64,000 bases of DNA from an uncultured bacterium (GCA_963705505.1 CAVPJU010000010.1:384001-448000); one strand, 5' to 3'. Positions 9,520-19,551 are shown, counted from the first letter of the stretch. The notes: a model not told the origin generated them from the sequence alone. A program made the numbers and translations.

Positions 9520-10883
9520 TGTATGCACCTCCTGAATAGCTGGTCCAGCAATTCTATGGCCATGTCGATTTCTTGATCGTCTATGTGGAGCGACGGGGCC
9601 AAAGTAAGAACGTTTTTGTAATACCCTCCCACGTCAAGTATCAATCCGAATTTTTTACCCTTGTAGTCCAGATTTCCCGTAAGCCCTTCCTCGAGGAGCT
9701 TGTCGGTCAGTGCCTTACTCGGCGTGTATCCGTCCGCTTCACAAATTTCCACTCTCAAAGCAAGCCCGAGGCCGTCGACGTCCCCTATGTTTTTATACAT
9801 TTTCTTGAGCTCTTTTAATTCCCCGAGAAATTTTCGGCCCTTCTCCTCCACCGGGCTCTCGTAATCCGTCTCCTCCAACATGTTCATAACCTCGATGCCG
9901 GCTCTCACTCCTATCGGGTTCGATGAGAACGTAGAGTGTGTGGAGCCCGGCGGGAACACGGAGGGATCTATCAGCTCCTCTCTCGCCCACAATCCGGACA
10001 GCGGGTTCATTCCATTGGTGAGAGCTTTGCCGAATACGATGATATCGGGCTTTATATCGAAATGCTCTATAGCCCAGAGTTTTCCCGTACGGTAAAACCC
10101 CATCTGTATCTCGTCGTCGACGATTAATATGTTATGTCTGTCGGTTATCTCTTTTAACTTTTTGAAATAGTCTTTGGGCGGGATGGTGTATCCGCCGGTA
10201 CCCTGGACGGATTCTATGAAAAACGCCGAGAACTCGGCCTGCGCCGCCTTCGAATCGTAAAAGGAGTGGTACTCCGAATCGAACAGGAAATCGAATTGAT
10301 CAACGCAGTAATAGCCGCATTCGCCGAACTTCTTGCCGTAGGGACATCTGAAGCAGTACGGAAACGGCACGAAGTGCGCTCTTTCTGAAAAATGGCCGTA
10401 TCTCCTCCTGTACCTGTAGCTCGACGTTATGGACGAAGCGCCGAGCGTCCTGCCGTGATACCCGCCCATAAAAGCGAACATCAGGTTTTTGCCCGTGTAA
10501 TTTCTAATGAGTTTCAGCGCGTCTTCTACGGCCTGCGAGCCGCCTACGTTGAAGTGCACCCTGCCGTTCATGCCGAAACGTTTTCTGTTCGCCTCGCATA
10601 TTTTAGAAGCGAGGAGGGCCTTACTTTCGTGCAGAAACTGCGAAGCAACCTGCGGCAGTGTGTCCATCTGATCTTTTATCGCGTCATTTATGCGTTTATT
10701 TTTGTAGCCGAAACTGCACGCGGAGTACCACATCTGAAGATCGAGGTACGGCTTACCTTCCGTGTCATATACAAAACTCCCTTCGCACTCCCTGAAAACC
10801 TTTGGATGTTCCAGATAATGGACGGTATCGCCGAACGAGCTATACCGGTTATCCAGTTCTGATATTTCGTTATCGGTCAGCAT
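9516..10883 (-). CDS. class III PLP-dependent aminotransferase
   Basis: GYHGRT, ESVQGTGG, DDEIQMGFYRTG, FGKALTNG (PLP Lys), HSTF. Confidence 0.95.
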   Translation of the reverse strand: MLTDNEISELDNRYSSFGDTVHYLEHPKVFRECEGSFVYDTEGKPYLDLQMWYSACSFGYKNKRINDAIKDQMDTLPQVASQFLHESKALLASKICEANRKRFGMNGRVHFNVGGSQAVEDALKLIRNYTGKNLMFAFMGGYHGRTLGASSITSSYRYRRRYGHFSERAHFVPFPYCFRCPYGKKFGECGYYCVDQFDFLFDSEYHSFYDSKAAQAEFSAFFIESVQGTGGYTIPPKDYFKKLKEITDRHNILIVDDEIQMGFYRTGKLWAIEHFDIKPDIIVFGKALTNGMNPLSGLWAREELIDPSVFPPGSTHSTFSSNPIGVRAGIEVMNMLEETDYESPVEEKGRKFLGELKELKKMYKNIGDVDGLGLALRVEICEADGYTPSKALTDKLLEEGLTGNLDYKGKKFGLILDVGGYYKNVLTLAPSLHIDDQEIDMAIELLDQLFRRCIQ

Positions 10884-11622
10884 TCTTTTTCTCCTTGTTA
10901 AATAAAACCTTTCTTATATCATCGAAGCTCGAGAACTCGATGAAATCTATCGCGTTCTGCGTACAGTAATCCGAGAGTCTGTTCTTCGCGAAAACTATGT
11001 CGGCTTTCCTCACGGCGCATATATCCGATTCTCCATCCCCTATGTACGTCACTGTCTTCTTCCCTTCGTATTTATCGACAATCGAACACTTGCACATGCC
11101 GCTTTTCATATAGCACTCTTTTGTCTTAAAGGGAAATGAAGGGATGGGCCTGGAGTTTCTTATTCTCAGACGGTTCGCGAAAACGGGTACGGTCGATATA
11201 CCGTTATTCAGTAAAATCAGCTTGATCAGCCAGTCAAACCCGTCGCTGACAATGTAGAAATCGATTCCGTTCTTACTTACGGAGCTCAGGAAATCCGGAA
11301 AGTACGGATCTATTTCTATATCCAGGGCGAATCTGAGAAGCTCGCGCTCATTTAAATTCTCGATACATCGGAGCTGGAGCCTCAGACACTCCTCGGAACC
11401 TATTTTGCGCTGCTCCCAGAGTTTTTCGATCTCCTTCCAACGTCTATCAGCATAGATATTTAAAAGCTTGTCCACAACATCTTCTATCGTTATCGTTCCG
11501 TCGAAGTCGCAGAAAATAGCTTCACCTATTCCGGCGGATTCGGTCACTTCTTTCCGCGCATACGGCTCGGACGGCTCAAAGTTAGTATGGTTGAATGTTA
11601 AAGCGAGATTTTTATTACTCAT
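10870..11622 (-). CDS. MtnX-like HAD-IB family phosphatase
   Basis: DFDGTIT motif I, VSDGF motif II, CKC, IGDGESD motif IV. Confidence 0.9.
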   Translation of the reverse strand: MSNKNLALTFNHTNFEPSEPYARKEVTESAGIGEAIFCDFDGTITIEDVVDKLLNIYADRRWKEIEKLWEQRKIGSEECLRLQLRCIENLNERELLRFALDIEIDPYFPDFLSSVSKNGIDFYIVSDGFDWLIKLILLNNGISTVPVFANRLRIRNSRPIPSFPFKTKECYMKSGMCKCSIVDKYEGKKTVTYIGDGESDICAVRKADIVFAKNRLSDYCTQNAIDFIEFSSFDDIRKVLFNKEKKNADR

Positions 11623-12925
11623 CGAACCTCCTCAGGACCAGAGTCACGTTCGTCCCGCCGAATGCGAACGAATTGCTGAGAGCAATTTTTATCGCCATAT
11701 CCCTCGCCTCGTTCGGAACGTAATCCAGGTCGCACTCCGGGTCCATGCTCTCATAATTTATCGTGGGAGGCACGATCCCGTGATACAAGGCGAGAACGGT
11801 GAATACAGCCTCTACGCCGCCAGCGGCGCCCAAAAAATGACCGGTCATGGATTTTGTCGAGCTGATGGGAATAAGGTATGCGTCGCTATCGAATACCTCT
11901 TTCACGGCGCGTGTTTCATTGACGTCGTTCTGGAGGGTTGAAGTACCGTGAGCGTTTATGTAATCGACGTCTTCGGGGTTGATCCCCGCGTCTCTCAGAG
12001 CCATCCTCATGCACCTGACGGGCCCGTCCGTGCAGGGCGAGGTAATATGGTAGGCGTCGCTGCTCATACCGTACCCCGGAACCTCGGCATAAATCCTCGC
12101 CCCCCGTTTTTTTGCGAATTCCAGCTCCTCGAGTATCAGGATCCCTGCTCCCTCGCCGATCACGAAACCGTCGCGATCCCTGTCGAACGGGCGAGACGCC
12201 TGCTCGGGCTCGTCATTCCTGGTGGAGAGGGCGTGCATCGCGCCGAATCCGACTATCATCGCGGGATGGACAGAGGCTTCGGTCCCCCCGGCGATAATCA
12301 CATCCGCATCCCCCCTTTCAATAGTCCTAACCGCCTGACCTATGGAGTGTGAGCTGGCAGCACAGGCTGTAGTTATACACATGCTCGGCCCTTTCGCGTT
12401 AAAGAATATCGACACGTAACCCGCCGCCATGTTCGTGATAGTTGCGGCAAGGGAGAACGGCGATACGCGGCCCGGCCCTTTCTCATAGAGCTCCGACAAG
12501 CTTCTCCACAAGGTGTCGAGCCCCCCGACCGTCGAGCTGATAAATGTGCCTGCTTTGGGAGAGAGCTCTTCGTCGATTACTAGTCCGGCATCGTCCAGAG
12601 CGAGCCTTGCAGCGGCGACTGCGAACTGAATAAACCGGTCGCTCCTCCTGGCGTCCTTAGGGTCCATGAAATCCACGGGATTAAAATCCGTGACTTCTCC
12701 CGCAATCCGGGTCTTTAGAGAAGAGGTATCAAACTTCCGAATCTGTCTTATTCCTGAATGTCCCTCACAGATTCCGTTCCAGGTTTTTTGAGTACCCGTG
12801 CCGAGCGGTGTTATGAGCCCCACTCCGGTAACGACCACTCTCCTTTTTGTCAAGTCCCGTGATACGGACTCCTTCAGAACGCGGGAGGGTTTTACAAGCG
12901 TAATAGACTGTTTATCTATTAGCAT
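11615..12925 (-). CDS. fabF: beta-ketoacyl-ACP synthase II (start ATG 12925 preferred)
   Basis: RRVVVTGVG, TACAAS (Cys), NAHGTST and MTGHFLGA (His-His), SNSFAFGG; GAGGAG SD at 12940-12935. Confidence 0.93.
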   Translation of the reverse strand: MLIDKQSITLVKPSRVLKESVSRDLTKRRVVVTGVGLITPLGTGTQKTWNGICEGHSGIRQIRKFDTSSLKTRIAGEVTDFNPVDFMDPKDARRSDRFIQFAVAAARLALDDAGLVIDEELSPKAGTFISSTVGGLDTLWRSLSELYEKGPGRVSPFSLAATITNMAAGYVSIFFNAKGPSMCITTACAASSHSIGQAVRTIERGDADVIIAGGTEASVHPAMIVGFGAMHALSTRNDEPEQASRPFDRDRDGFVIGEGAGILILEELEFAKKRGARIYAEVPGYGMSSDAYHITSPCTDGPVRCMRMALRDAGINPEDVDYINAHGTSTLQNDVNETRAVKEVFDSDAYLIPISSTKSMTGHFLGAAGGVEAVFTVLALYHGIVPPTINYESMDPECDLDYVPNEARDMAIKIALSNSFAFGGTNVTLVLRRFDE

Positions 12926-12998
12926 TTCCACACACTCCTCAATTTCGTGAATTGATTGAGTCAAATGAAAAATTCAGATCTGTTGGAACTATCCGCAG

Positions 12999-13409
12999 TT
13001 AAAGCGTGAAATAAGGAGGCGACCTTAAAGGTAGTGAAGTAAGGAACAGTACATCGGAGGGAGGCTCCATTTTATCGAACAGAGTTTCCCAGTATGGATT
13101 GATCAAAGGACGGTTAAAAATCTTAAATGCGATTTTTGAAAATATTCTGGATTGCTTTTGTACGCTATCTTGAGCTAGATTTAGTCTGGGATCTTCATTT
13201 ACGAATACGAGATCCATATCCTGGTCGTCGGCGTCGTTATCTTCAACACCGCATTTATCTCGTTTGTCCAGGGTCAATACCGAGGTGTCATAGCTTGAGC
13301 CAGTCTGCCAGAGATCCTCCTGGACATCCTGTTGCAAACTAGCCAGTCTGAATGTGCCGGTAAAAACGATTAAAGCTAAAAAAGTTAATGATCTGGTTAT
13401 ATTACTCAA
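12999..13409 (-). CDS. putative leader/arrest peptide with N-terminal hydrophobic segment and C-terminal LRSPP
   Basis: 136-aa ORF (TTG start), hydrophobic LTFLALIVF, acidic patch, ends LPLRSPPYFTL; stop 73 nt before the fabF ATG. Confidence 0.6.
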   Translation of the reverse strand: MSNITRSLTFLALIVFTGTFRLASLQQDVQEDLWQTGSSYDTSVLTLDKRDKCGVEDNDADDQDMDLVFVNEDPRLNLAQDSVQKQSRIFSKIAFKIFNRPLINPYWETLFDKMEPPSDVLFLTSLPLRSPPYFTL

Positions 13410-13710
13410 ACAAGTGGTTTCCTGAGACTCCGGAATAAAGACATATTTTCTTTCTAAATATTACTCCTAAGTTTACTTGCTAATTTTTCTTAGGAGAATA
13501 AAGTATTTTACTTAATTGTCAAGATAAATATTTCCCCGGTAACGATCTGACCCGCCCCATCAGGCCACCGTATTTAAGTCCATCTTTTGAGTTATTTCTT
13601 TCACTATGAGCCTCTCAGAAGGGAAATAATTTGGGTGATGAAATAGAGTTGTCTCCGGATAGGAAATGGCCTTGATTTACTGAGAATTTATAATAAGCTA
13701 ACAGCATTAA

Positions 13711-13785
13711 GCCGACGTAGCTCAGTGGTAGAGCAGCTCACTCGTAATGAGCAGGTCGGAGGTTCAAATCCTCTCGTCGGCTCCA
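13711..13785 (+). tRNA. tRNA-Thr(CGT)
   Basis: GCCGACG/CGTCGGC acceptor stem, GCTCA-CTCGTAA-TGAGC anticodon arm, GGTTCAAATCC T-arm, encoded CCA. Confidence 0.97.
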
Positions 13786-13973
13786 ATGAAAACTGTGGGT
13801 TACGTAAATATTCACTAAATAACATCAACCGCTAAATTTGTTACGTCATCAAACTCTTTATCTTAAGTAAATATTTAAACGTAACCTCTTTCATGAAATC
13901 AGCAAGCTTGGAATTTATAGACAGGTATTTACCAATATTTAATTGGTCTCAGGAATTTCATAATCTTGGTTAA

Positions 13974-15125
13974 TTAGTGGTCATGCATATATATCATTTT
14001 AAGATCCCAATTTTTTGCATCGAGTAAATCCAAACCTTGAAATTCAATTTTATTATTATGTTTGCCGATTGGTCGAATCAAAATAGTTCGAGGAGGGTCT
14101 TTTACGCTTTTTGCCGAATTGTTGTCGTTAAATCCTTGTGATACTAAAAATTCATAGCTATCTTGGTCCAATATATTTGCCCAAATTGATATTGATCCGG
14201 AATTCATTAGCGATATCAAAGATTTCAGCAGCTCAATTTTTATTGAGGAGTTGGTTGCTTCTAATTCTAATATATTATGTGTGCCTCCGGATTCCACACT
14301 GTATAAATGGCTTTGTAATACCAGATAGCCTTTTAAGCCGTCATCGTACCAGTATAGGAAAAGATATTTTGAAAGCGGGTTATTGTATCTCCAACGGAAG
14401 TACGCTTCATCTCGTACCAGGGTGATTTTATTTTCTGGAATTGTACTTCTAACGAGAATAGCCATTTCCGCCGGTTTGGGTTTATTGTCTAACAAAATAT
14501 GGGGAGGCAGCTGAGTCCTCGTGTTGTGATAAATCATATCGATTCTTTCTGAATTGTCTCTTTTTCTCCTTTTTAAGATCATGTTGATCCCGGTTTTTCT
14601 CAATAATTTTCTAGCGTATGGACCCGCTAATTTCTTGGCGAGTGCGATCGCATTTGATCCTTTACTTTGGAATTGTTTATTAATGATTTTAATTTCTCCG
14701 ATGCTCTTCCAACCCATGAATAAAGAAATTATGGCATTTGAGGGCGTTGCATTGAAACTTAGAATGTATTGAACGCCCATCTTTTCCAAATCGTCCATGA
14801 CGAAGTCCGCTAGCTCTTTATATATTCCTTTGTTTCTGTATTCCTCGAGTATTAACAAATCCGCACCACATAACGCATTAAATCTTGATGATGCGCTTTT
14901 TAGCTGCCATGTTGTTTCATACGCGCCTCTCATGGCTACGACCTCTTCTCCGTCACGAACAAAATATATTATGGGTGGTTTAGAATGAGGTCGATCTATG
15001 TAGTTCCATTTTACATAGGATCTGAACACATCTAAGTCCAGACCCCAGTTGATTGTTTTGAGTCTGGCGATTTGATCTATATGGTTTTCAAAGTCGTCAG
15101 AATATTTTAATATTACACGGTCCAT
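13974..15125 (-). CDS. GNAT-family acyltransferase (likely two GNAT-like domains)
   Basis: DLLILEEYRNKGIY motif A; RDEAYFRWRY-NP motif opening the second domain. Confidence 0.8.
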   Translation of the reverse strand: MDRVILKYSDDFENHIDQIARLKTINWGLDLDVFRSYVKWNYIDRPHSKPPIIYFVRDGEEVVAMRGAYETTWQLKSASSRFNALCGADLLILEEYRNKGIYKELADFVMDDLEKMGVQYILSFNATPSNAIISLFMGWKSIGEIKIINKQFQSKGSNAIALAKKLAGPYARKLLRKTGINMILKRRKRDNSERIDMIYHNTRTQLPPHILLDNKPKPAEMAILVRSTIPENKITLVRDEAYFRWRYNNPLSKYLFLYWYDDGLKGYLVLQSHLYSVESGGTHNILELEATNSSIKIELLKSLISLMNSGSISIWANILDQDSYEFLVSQGFNDNNSAKSVKDPPRTILIRPIGKHNNKIEFQGLDLLDAKNWDLKMIYMHDH

Positions 15126-15163
15126 TTTGGTGTAGTTGAATCAGTGTTGGTTGTATTGAAAAG

Positions 15164-15424
15164 TTATGGTTTGCAATCCTTTACGAAATTTAAAATGCCA
15201 TTTATGGTGTCCCATTCAATAGTGAAGTCCAAAATCGTCAGCTCCAATGGAGAGCCGACTTCCTCCTCCACCAGTAACGCCAGCTCAAGTAATTGCAGAG
15301 ATTCTAAAAGACCTGAAGTTATAAGTGGTGTGTTATCGTCGTAGTTTTCAGGAATGGATTTCCCTGAGTCTTTAATTTTAGCATCGATAAAGTCTATGAG
15401 TCTTTGTCTTAAATGTTCTGACAT
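15164..15424 (-). CDS. acyl/peptidyl carrier protein
   Basis: 86 aa, acidic; PLITSGLLESLQLLEL (GxxDSL-like Ppant Ser); WDTINGI. Confidence 0.85.
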   Translation of the reverse strand: MSEHLRQRLIDFIDAKIKDSGKSIPENYDDNTPLITSGLLESLQLLELALLVEEEVGSPLELTILDFTIEWDTINGILNFVKDCKP

Positions 15425-15434
15425 CTGAAAGTTC

Positions 15435-16442
15435 TTAGTCCGACGTGTCGAGCTCCTTCCAGCTTACTTGTTTTGCCATTGCGACGACGACCTTTCTCTT
15501 GCCGGAGAATGGCTTCCTGCCGTGAGCGACGAGCATATTGTCGAGCATAAGGACATCTCCAGGTTCCCATCTGAAAGCAATTGTCGCAGCATCGTAGGCT
15601 TTCCGCAGTTCTTCAATCACGTCTTTACTGATGCTCGTTCCGTCGCCGTAGTATGTATTGTTCGGCAAATCCTTCTCTTTGAATAATTTAAGAAGCATTT
15701 TCTGCAACTTGGGCTCAATTGCGAATACATTAAGCAGGGTGGCGTGATTCATCCACAATAACTCTCCTGTAACGGGATGCTTCGCAATTGCCGGCCTCAG
15801 CTGCTTAGTTCTTACTTTGTTCTCGTCTATCCAATCATAATCTGTTTCGGATTCTTTACAGAACCTCTCCATCTCGGCTTTATCCTGTGTTTGGTATACT
15901 TCCTGCCACGTGAAGCCGAACGGTCCTCCGCTCAAGTTCCTCACATATAAAACACCTTTTTCCTCGAAACGTTTCCTGATCGAGGGGTCGATTTGCTTGT
16001 ATACCCGCCTCACGTCCGCTATGGGTGTTTCCCCTCCTTTCTCCGCGGATTCGATGCAGTAAAAGAAAATTCTCATCGGGAATTGTGCTGCGAAAGAGTG
16101 TTCGTTATGTAGAATGATCTCAAGTTCTGGAGGGAAATCTGTGGCGGTATAAATCTTTCCCTGGACCTGAGTTCTGTGTGTGATTCTGTCGTTATAATCG
16201 ATCAAGCTGCCGTAACTGCTTTCCACCGTAGCTTCGAAGTCTTCGACCCCGCCTACCTTAAACCCTCTGAATAATATGCCGCCGTATTTTAATAAATTTG
16301 TTTCTATTTCCTTTTGGTTTGCTTTGAAAAACTCTCTTATCGGTAAATCTTGGTGCTTTGGAGTAATCACAAGCGGCAGTTTTTTCTCTTCGTCAATAAA
16401 TCCTGTAAGAATTTCAACGTTTTCACCAAATCCAACTGTCAT
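15435..16442 (-). CDS. TauD/TfdA-family Fe(II)/2OG dioxygenase, SyrP-like
   Basis: LPLVITP, GGILFRGF, HNE (HxE), GGETPIAD, DNMLVAHGR. Confidence 0.9.
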   Translation of the reverse strand: MTVGFGENVEILTGFIDEEKKLPLVITPKHQDLPIREFFKANQKEIETNLLKYGGILFRGFKVGGVEDFEATVESSYGSLIDYNDRITHRTQVQGKIYTATDFPPELEIILHNEHSFAAQFPMRIFFYCIESAEKGGETPIADVRRVYKQIDPSIRKRFEEKGVLYVRNLSGGPFGFTWQEVYQTQDKAEMERFCKESETDYDWIDENKVRTKQLRPAIAKHPVTGELLWMNHATLLNVFAIEPKLQKMLLKLFKEKDLPNNTYYGDGTSISKDVIEELRKAYDAATIAFRWEPGDVLMLDNMLVAHGRKPFSGKRKVVVAMAKQVSWKELDTSD

Positions 16443-16638
16443 ACTCTACTCCTATCTTCAAACTTCGAGAATAAGAATAAGTAGTGTAGAATCACACAAT
16501 TCTTAACTACTTTTCGATAAGTTTGATGATCTAGGGTATTTATACATGAATTGTACAACGTTATTTACATTTATCAAAGATTCCTACAAACGCGAACCAC
16601 TGTCTGTTTCCCTCCTCTATAAGTTGCATAATATCGAG

Positions 16639-16687
16639 TGACCTGCCTCCTATAATCGGACCATAGTATAAGTTAGATTTTCGATAA
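16639..16687 (+). repeat. IS3-family (IS407-like) terminal-repeat-like remnant, copy 1
   Basis: TGACCTGCC-N3-TATAAT...ATAAGTTAGATT...GATAA; 41 of 50 aligned columns match the copy at 20662. Confidence 0.5.
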
Positions 16688-16955
16688 CGAACCCTATATA
16701 CAGGAGGTCATCGGGAGGGTGCGGTCAACCTTGACGCACACTTTTCCTTCTCCTTACTTATACGTAATTATAGACATAAAATCACCTCGGCTTTAGCTAC
16801 AAAATAAGTAAAAATAAGTAAACTAGCTGGTTTCAAAACTCGCAAAACCCTAATGTTTCGCTTGTATACTACGTAAAGTAAGTCAAGACCTTGAAAACAA
16901 GAGATATTTTGTCATGACTCGTAGTTCTTACACACACATCTTAAAACAGTCGTAC

Positions 16956-17005
16956 GCTCACTCGTAATGAGCAGGTCGGAGGTTCAAATCCTCTCGTCGG
17001 CTCCA
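16956..17005 (+). repeat. att direct repeat: 3' 50 bp of tRNA-Thr
   Basis: identical to 13736-13785. Confidence 0.95.
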
Positions 17006-17286
17006 AATTAAACCAAGAACTTACAACGCATGTATTAAGTAGCCTTAGCAGTGTTTTCATCCGATATCGTGAGATGTCCCATGAAACGAGCTTCTATAGA
17101 CTTATAGGAGAAGTCTTACTTAATTGCTTTTTTCTCCTACAAGCAAATTATCCCCTGTTTGCGGAGTGTTGCAGCTTTACAGAGGTATGTCATTGGTATG
17201 TGCTGACAAAAAACTACTTGCGGTGAGATAATACGAATAGAAAACTTTAATTAATAAAATGGGTGATTTTCAGATAGATTATTCGA

Positions 17287-17757
17287 ATGACCACACAGCA
17301 AAATCAACCAACAAATTTAAGCCTGAAGGAATTAAAAAAGCTCCGCAAACCTGTTCGCAATATCAATATCGAACATAAAGAAAGCCTTAGTCGTCTTCAA
17401 AAATTTGCAGTCTGGATAACCGAGCATGTGGGCACCATGGGTTTCTTCCTGATAATCTTTGCTTGGAGCTTATCATGGCTTTGCTGGAATGCATTGGCAC
17501 CGAAAGAATTAAGATTTGACCCTTACCCAGGTTTTATTCTTTGGCTTTTCATATCCAACATGATTCAGATTCTTCTGCTGCCCCTTATCATGATAGGCCA
17601 AAATTTACAGGGTCGTCATTCTGAAGCGAGGGCTGAAGCTGATTACGAGGTAAACACTATTGCGGAGAGAGAAATTGAAGCCATTCTCCAACATTTGGAA
17701 AATCAAAACGAGTTAATAGTGAAAATACTCAATCATCTGGAACAGGATAAACCCTAA
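17287..17757 (+). CDS. DUF1003 family membrane protein
   Basis: VGTMGFF, FDPYPGFILW, PLIMIGQN, RAEADYEVN..AEREI. Confidence 0.88.
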   Translation: MTTQQNQPTNLSLKELKKLRKPVRNINIEHKESLSRLQKFAVWITEHVGTMGFFLIIFAWSLSWLCWNALAPKELRFDPYPGFILWLFISNMIQILLLPLIMIGQNLQGRHSEARAEADYEVNTIAEREIEAILQHLENQNELIVKILNHLEQDKP

Positions 17758-17770
17758 AATGAAGTTGTTA

Positions 17771-17790
17771 TTTTTTCGGTTGCCGAAAAA
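17771..17790. terminator. possible bidirectional terminator hairpin
   Basis: TTTTTCGG-TTG-CCGAAAAA between convergent genes. Confidence 0.4.
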
Positions 17791-17799
17791 CCCCTTTCC

Positions 17800-19282
17800 T
17801 TACCCCGCCCTCTTAAAGTCGATATATCCGCGCTCCACATCCGTGCGGACCAGTTGCACGCGGAGCCTGTGGCCGACGTCCAGCCTTCAAAACCGCTCAC
17901 CAGTCTTCCTTCAATGGGCGGATGCAGAAGACGGACCCACGTGCCTTTGTCAGATGCGCCGGTGACGATGGCATCGAACTGCTCTCCGATCCTCGATTCC
18001 AGCAGCATTGCTGCGGCGGATTTTCCGACCTGCCGTTCGACTCTTCTTGCGCTGCGTCTTCCTGCTTCGGTGCAGTGCTTTGCGAGCGCCTCCAATTCAT
18101 CGTTCTCATAGGGCGGGGAACGTCCCGCCATTGCTGCTTTCAGCAACCGCTGCGTGATCAGATCGGGGTATCGGCGGTTCGGGGCGGTGGAGTGAGCATA
18201 GTCCTTGACCGCAAGACCGAAGTGCCCGGCGACACTTGCCTCCCGGAAGTTCGACGACGTATTCACCGCGCCCAAGCAGCTTGATGACGCTGAGGGAAAG
18301 ATCGGGAAAGCGGAGAGGATCGGCGGCTTTCGCCGATACCAGGAATTGCTCCAGGGCCTTTGAGTCGGGCTCCTGGGGCAACGTGAAGCCCCGCTCTGCG
18401 GCAAGCTCGACGATCCGGTCCCAGCGTTTGGGCGTGCGGACAACGCGCCGCAGCGACGGAAACATTTTGGACGCGAGGTATCGTGCGGTAACGCCGTTGG
18501 CGGCGATCATGAAGTCCTCAATAATGATCTTTGGCCCTGTTCTTTCTTTCGGCTTCCAAGTCCTTGAGCTCATCTCCGTCAAATACCGGACGCGCTTCGA
18601 TTGTTTCGAGATCAAGCGCACCGTGCAGGTGCCGGAGGGCCTTCAGTTTTTGGGCCACGCGGTCCTGGAGTCGAAGGTTCTCGTCGAGACCGTCGACCGC
18701 TGCCGATCCCTTGCGGCATCGGCCCGTTACCCTCCAGCCAGCCGGCCAACGCTGTTGTAGGCAAGCTTTGCACGATTGCGGACCGTCGCTCCATAAATGT
18801 CCGAACTCTGAAGCGATCCATCCCCGGCGACGACCATTTCAATGACGATGGCAAGGCGGTCTGATTCATAGTTGAGAGAGGTAAGATCGGTCGAGAGTTT
18901 CTCGGGCAGCATCGGAAATATCTCGGCAGCGGTGTAGACCGAGGTGGTGTTTTGCCGCGCATGATCGTCAAGTGCCGACTGCTTCTTGACGACCGCGTCA
19001 ACATCGGCAATGGCGACAAGGATCTTTGCGGCCCCTTCGGGCATGGCTTCGGCAACGGTAAGCTGGTCCAGATCGCGCGAATCATCGTTGTCGATGGAGC
19101 ACCAGAGAAGGTTTCTGAGATCACGCGTCGATTCCTCAGCTCGCGTCGCAGGCCCGTGGATTCCGTCGAGCTCGGCGAGCGCCTCGAGCGGAAAATCCGG
19201 AACAAGTCCTCTTTCAAGCATCGCCCGATCGGGCAATTCTTTGCAAGATGGAGCGGTGTTGTCTGTCGTCTGTGTCCGTCAT
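17800..19282 (-). pseudogene. RNB-domain exoribonuclease (RNase II/R family) with about 7-8 indels
   Basis: GGAGG RBS then MTDTDDRQ; SIDNDDSRDLDQ, IEDFMIAAN and HFGLAVKDYAHSTAPNRRYPDL occur in different frames; ends GYIDFKRAG*. Confidence 0.88.
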
Positions 19283-19551
19283 AATTTCACCTCCCTAAAA
19301 AATTACCTCGCCATTTACGCTCTGATAACGTAAACCATAATAATTATTCCTAGCCCAGTATAATCGCGATTATCTGTTTATAGAACTGCCGGAGACATGT
19401 AACACATGTTGTGCACAACATAAGAATATTATAACGCTAAGGTTGGCAGCAGTCGTGGAAACCTATGGAACTTTAGGCCCACAGACCAACGTTTAACCTT
19501 GCTCGATATAAACACGCCAGGATTGATTGTAGTGGTTTACTACTGCTGTGA

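Larger units (their letters stand above)
13786..17005. mobile_element. genomic islet 1 integrated at tRNA-Thr(CGT); no integrase seen
   Basis: bounded by the tRNA and a 50-bp exact copy of its 3' part; visibly AT-richer cargo. Confidence 0.75.

Noticed and set aside
13548..13579. Third copy of the TGACC-GCCCC IS-end-like motif
   Set aside because: Similarity is limited to short patches and could be chance.
16956..17005. Second and third tRNA-Thr genes (also 21700-21745)
   Set aside because: Only the 3' part is present, with no 5' acceptor strand or D-arm; treated as att repeats.
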